Position numbers and translations under genes: made by a program. This document shows, in pieces, positions 59,132 to 64,000 of a DNA stretch of 64,000 nt. This DNA comes from Oikopleura dioica. Its lineage: Eukaryota > Animalia > Chordata. The DNA lies in assembly GCA_907165135.1 (NCBI GenBank), contig OU015566.1:12958001-13022000 (forward strand), read 5' to 3'. Under the pieces are notes generated by a model. The model did not search any database. It saw only the letters and a list, made by a program, of their open reading frames with translations, and was not told where the DNA came from. Within the stretch, counting starts at the first letter, position 1, and every line of letters starts with the position of its first letter.

Positions 59132-60998
59132 ATGAAGCTTCTGTCAACTTTTGTCGCTGTGAGCAATGCTTGGAGCCTCGGCAGCTGCACAACGAATGGA
59201 ACTGCCGTCGACTCCGACGTTACTTGCAGAAACAGCTGCGACTTCGACTGGATCGGTCGAGGTCCAAAAGTTGGATACAATGAGTTGGGCAAGCACGAAA
59301 ACGGGTTTCTCGCTTCGCTCAACCCTCAAAAATGGAGATTCGACTACTTGAACAAGGACGGAGCCTACGTCGGAGTTCTGCGATTCGATAGAACCTTCTG
59401 CAAACGGCCCATCTTGAAAGGTAAAATGATGCTCAGGTTCTTATTTCGGCGGACAACCTGTTTTATATATTTTTAAAAGCTCGTTTTTATTATCTCAAAT
59501 ATTTTTAAGCAATCGGCGCTGGACGAATCAACATTGAAGTCTTCGACCGAACTGAGGAAAACTACATGACTGAAGCTCAATATTGGGAGATCCCGGAAGA
59601 CGGCAGTGTCAATAAAGAAGCTGCTTTTGTGCAGTTCCGAAAAAGCGGATATCAAGCGGGGGAATTCGTGAAAAAAGGAAAAGATCGATTTATGGTCTCG
59701 ATGACTGGCATCCAGAGCGAGTTTGCCCCCTTGGACCCGCCAAACGACAACGTTGTCTACGACGACTACTATGAATGCTTTCAGAACGTTGGATTAATGA
59801 CGATGCCTGACGATGGCAAGGGAATGCTCGACTCCGACTACACCCGTTGTGCCGCTTTTCAGCGATATGGGAAAGGTGCAATCGATCGTTTAACTATCAA
59901 TTTGAATACAAATTAAACAATAACATTGAATGAAAATTATCGGCGACGATTTTCCCGTAAAAGACAAACACCGGACTGGCCCAACGGACCAGATGGACCA
60001 ACAGACCCGCCTGGACCAAATGAATGGGAAGAGGGTCCAGAAACAATGGGCTCGGTAGCAACTTGCACCACTCCAGGTGTGCCTCTTTCTGGCACAAAGA
60101 GCATCACAACTGGACCTGGAAGGCAAAGTCTTAAATATTCAGATAACTAGCGATTTTTTTTATTCAAAGGCATACATCGGATTTTATGAGACTTTTGATT
60201 AGTCGAATTGTCGGTGGACAGGCAATTCAGCAAGGTGAATGGCCATTCCTTGTTGGAATGGTTGGAGATTTCATGTGCGGAGGAACAATCATTACGAAAA
60301 ATGATGTCGGGGACGACTTCATTCTCACTGCTGCTCATTGCGTCGAAGGCATGTCAACTGTCAAGTATGCAGTTGGAGACTGGAACCAGTTTGCATCGGA
60401 GGCAAACGAATTCACTGTCACCGGAGATGTAACTATGCATCCAGGAATGGAATTCTTTTTTATATATTGACAGTATTGCCGCATAACGAGAATCCTATCA
60501 TAAGACTACGACAACAATACCTTCCGAAACGATTTGGCTGTTGTGCGAGTTCCAAACCTTTCCGCAATCAATTCTGCAGCCTTTGAACCAGCGTGCCTCC
60601 AAGCTGAGCGACCAGCTCACGGAAGTAAATGTTACACCGCTGGCTGGGGGGCTCTTGCGGATAGTCAGAACGCCGCTTCTCCCGACATTGCTCATGATGT
60701 TGCCGTGTACGTTTTCTCTGACGAGTATTGCCTCGCACACACCGACCAACCTCCCCTCGAACCAAAGCAAATGTGTGCAGGAATCCCAGATTTTGATGGA
60801 AATGGACAAACAGACGGCGGAAAAGACTCTTGCCAAGGCGATTCTGGCGGTCCGTTGATTTGCTTGAATGATGACGGAATTCCAATTCTCGCTGGAGTTG
60901 TCTCTAGCGGAATGGGATGCGCTCAACCAGGCACGACTGGCTTCTATGAATCTGTCGCCGACCATATGGACTGGGTGCTGCAGCATATCAACAACTGA
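59132..60998 (+). CDS. Secreted trypsin-like serine protease with a large N-terminal extra domain
   Basis: Signal peptide MKLLSTFVAVSNAWS; activation site R|IVGG; GEWPF, CGGTII, TAAHC, NDLAV, DSCQGDSGGP (intact triad, Asp at S1); GA-AG intron 60445-60504. Confidence 0.92.
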
Positions 60999-63095
60999 AA
61001 GTGCATCAATCACTGAAAATCAGAAGATACTTTCATGATGTTTTTCCTTTAATAAAAGCATATCCAGACGATTTATGAATGTAACCATGTGTCTCCTTTC
61101 GCCATTCATTAAATCCAGCGAAATCAATCAAGCTTATAGAGTTGATACTTTTAACAAAGAGCATATTATCGTAAAGTTATCTCATTATTCACTGCTTTTG
61201 CGTTTCAATGAGCCTCCAGAATTTACTTTTACAAAGTCTTGCTTACTTTTTTTTTCCAGGGCAACTAAAAAGTAAGTATGTATGTGAACTCTGATCAGAA
61301 TCAGTGTCATGTTTAACGAGGATCAATTTTATTGCTGGAAGAAACATGTTTTCTCTTCCCAGACGCTGATTCTTTTTAAGACTAATTAGAGATTCTGGTG
61401 AAGAAGATGAGTAAAGTTCGGTTACTGGTATGATTTAGTATTAAAAAGATTCGTTCTTCGTGCTCATCTGTCAATAATTTATTAATGTGTCATTACATCC
61501 TTCTTCGTATCAGCGCATAAGAGACTTTTAGGAATGCCATTCGACAAGCGAAGACTGGACTTTCAATTTATTCTAGGTAACTAAACATAACTAGCATATG
61601 TACGGCAAATGTCAAGGCTTGATCCAGGCAAATCCTTTATGCGAGAAAATAAGTCTTTATACCGCGTCGTAAATGAAGATGTCTGAGAAGGGTACTCAGA
61701 TCTCGCGTTTCAAAGGAGTCTTTCGATCAAGGGACAGTCAGATATTTTTACGGCCAGGAAGCGAGAGGGCTCAGTTTTTCCATTACGTTTTAAAGCTGCT
61801 AGAGATTTCGGTGATTGAGCTCATCCAGATGAGTAAAGGTACCTTAGGAATGATTTTTAACGACTGAATTAATCTCATCTAAGTTGAATGTCAAATTATT
61901 TTGGTGCAAATGGAGCATCATTTTTATTAGTTAAAAACTCATGAATTCCCCTTTTATGAGTCCTAAAGATGAAAGTCACTCCAAAAAGAATGAATTTGTT
62001 GACCGATTAAACTTTCTTTCTTCCACCTGTTGGAATCTTGTGTGATTGACTTGAGAAAATGACAAGGGAAAGGCGCTCCAAGCGCGGTGTTTGCTAAGAC
62101 ATTGTATCAAACGCTGTTTGAGGAACATTGACGATATTTGCAAATGTTATAAATGAATAGCATGCTATAGGCAGCCCATTTATTAGAGCCACGCACCGAC
62201 TCAAAGAGGCCCAGGAATTGTCCGAAATCAAAGCCAATTTTTTGCTACGAGCTTTTTGAAAACAGAGAGAGAGAGTTAGAAATAACGATAAAAAGATAGA
62301 GCTATCAAGACGTCTTAAAGAGGTAAACTGATCATTTTGTCAAAATTTCTTCCTTGATTTCAAAATTGAAATTGTGTTTTTTCATGATTCAAGTTATAGA
62401 AAAGTTCTCATCTTCAACTTGAAGACTTCAAGAGCCGTAGATTCTCTCAGAGACGTTTTATTTGAGACTGGCTTAGTAAACCGATCTTCAAAGAAAAAAT
62501 GAAGCGAAAAAATGTCTATTTGAGAACAGTTACAGTAGGCAAATTTTCTCGACAATTTCGCAAATACGAAAATGCCTGCTGCCATTTTTTAAAAACTGGA
62601 TTGTGATCTCGTAAGGAAGGAGGTGTTTGAGTGACGAGTTATTTGCCGTCTTCGTTTTGTAAAGTTTGTACAGCTGAAATGAATGTCAGTTCTCTTCTTT
62701 TTCGAATTTCTGAGCTAGAAATTGCTTAGGCCTTCCATGATAGCCTTAGACGTTCCTGCCGCCTGTCAGTAAAAATCTACGGCTAGCGGGACGCTCCAGC
62801 TGTCAATATTATCTTTGCACTTGAATTTAATTTCTTTATAAACATACGGCTCCTCTTTGACGGAGGCCGCAATTTTTAAGCGTTTATTGATAATTTCTCG
62901 GGCAATAACTTTCTTTACTTTTTTGAACTTTGCTTCGGGTACATCCACTTTTTACGAACTACGGGACATTTTGTCCGTTTTTACGGGGCATTTACGGAAC
63001 TAATTTCAGACTAATTACGCGGTTTTGCCATAAACAGATGTTTTATTCGTCAATTAACAACGGCTTTGGAAAGATTTTCTTATCAAAATCTGTAT

Positions 63096-63269
63096 AGAAA
63101 ACCTAAGTCAGGGTCTCAAAGATCTATTATAAAAAGCTGCGTAGCGGCTTCGCCAGAATTTGAAAATTGATTTGGAAGATAATTTTGCGAAGTCGATTTG
63201 CGGCTTCGTATTCAGAAAAAGCCGCTACGCGGCTTTTCATAATAGTTCTTTGAGACCCTGACTCAGGTT
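63096..63269. mobile_element. Hairpin-rich MITE, complete copy
   Basis: AACCTAAGTCAGGGTCTCAAAGA ... TCTTTGAGACCCTGACTCAGGTT TIRs with internal GCCGC/GCGGC hairpins. Confidence 0.75.
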
Positions 63270-64000
63270 ATCGATATAGGTTGCCGACCCTAACACTAAC
63301 CCTAGCCCATCAAAAAGCACTAGAAAATGCGCTTGAAAAGTCAAGATCCACGAAATGTCTTAATTACTAAGATAGCGGAGATGTATTATTTGCCAAGGAC
63401 TTACAAATTCTTGTTTATCAGAAAATGCAAATAGCTTCTTTTCCTCGCATTTCTGAGCCGTTTTTTAAGAGCTGTTAAGAATTTAAGTACCTCTGCTCAT
63501 TTTTTAAACAGTGAAAAAATGACGAAGTAAAGAATCTCTTGCGCCGATTTTTACGACTTATGGCGGGGAACGCGGACGGGGGTAAGGCTTTTGAGAGGAA
63601 CCAGCCAGGGAGAAACGAATATAACGGATATTTGGCTTGTCCGATTTTGTTCCTGTTGTAAAAATCGCTACAAAGAGAGAAAGAGAGAGAGAGTCACTCT
63701 TCGTAAACTCAATCCACATTTGTCGAAGTCGAAGAGATGATGACCCATAGAATTGTTGTCAGATCAAATAAGAGGACGTTTCAGTCAGATGCAGCCGAGG
63801 ATAATTTACCAGGTTCAATTCTTTAATCAAATCAAGCAATTTTTCGAAATTTTCTAGACGGGAAATCTGTTCAATTAGAAATTAATTTTGTCATTTAAAA
63901 TCTCAGCAACTCAGATCAATCATTTTTTTTCTCGGAACTGCGAATGGAATGCCTTGATCCCAACAAGACATCAGTAGAGAGAGAAATGAGCAGCCAGGAA

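Noticed and set aside
63286-63310. Telomere-like CCCTAA units
   Set aside because: Only 2-3 degenerate units; not an array.

Overview
Compact eukaryotic genome segment. Tiny 30-60 nt introns, several non-canonical GA-AG introns and operon-like spacing point to the appendicularian tunicate Oikopleura or a relative (inference). Host genes: a catalytically dead serine-protease homologue, BTBD1/2, DGCR8/Pasha, a stomatin-like gene with an in-frame TGA, EndoG, ORC1 (with an antisense tRNA-Arg in an intron), CK2-beta, a Kelch-like secreted-protein gene and an active trypsin; several MITEs are also present. The main discovery is a 26.2-kb giant Mutator-like (MULE) DNA transposon at 30844..57069. It has ~720-bp modular terminal inverted repeats and an 8-bp TSD (TTAAAAAC), and sits inside an exon of the Kelch-like gene. 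Besides a very large, apparently intact DDE transposase, it carries an all-minus-strand, operon-like cluster of intron-containing DNA-replication genes: a primase catalytic subunit (PriS) with intact motifs, three divergent sliding-clamp (PCNA/9-1-1-like) genes and an RPA3-like OB-fold gene. It also carries two RING proteins, a possible degenerate HUH-Rep-like ORF and several orphans. A TIR-derived AT-box+GC-dyad motif recurs in introns and flips orientation between 40.4 and 47.7 kb, around the element midpoint. All gene models and homologies were derived by eye; no database searches were run.
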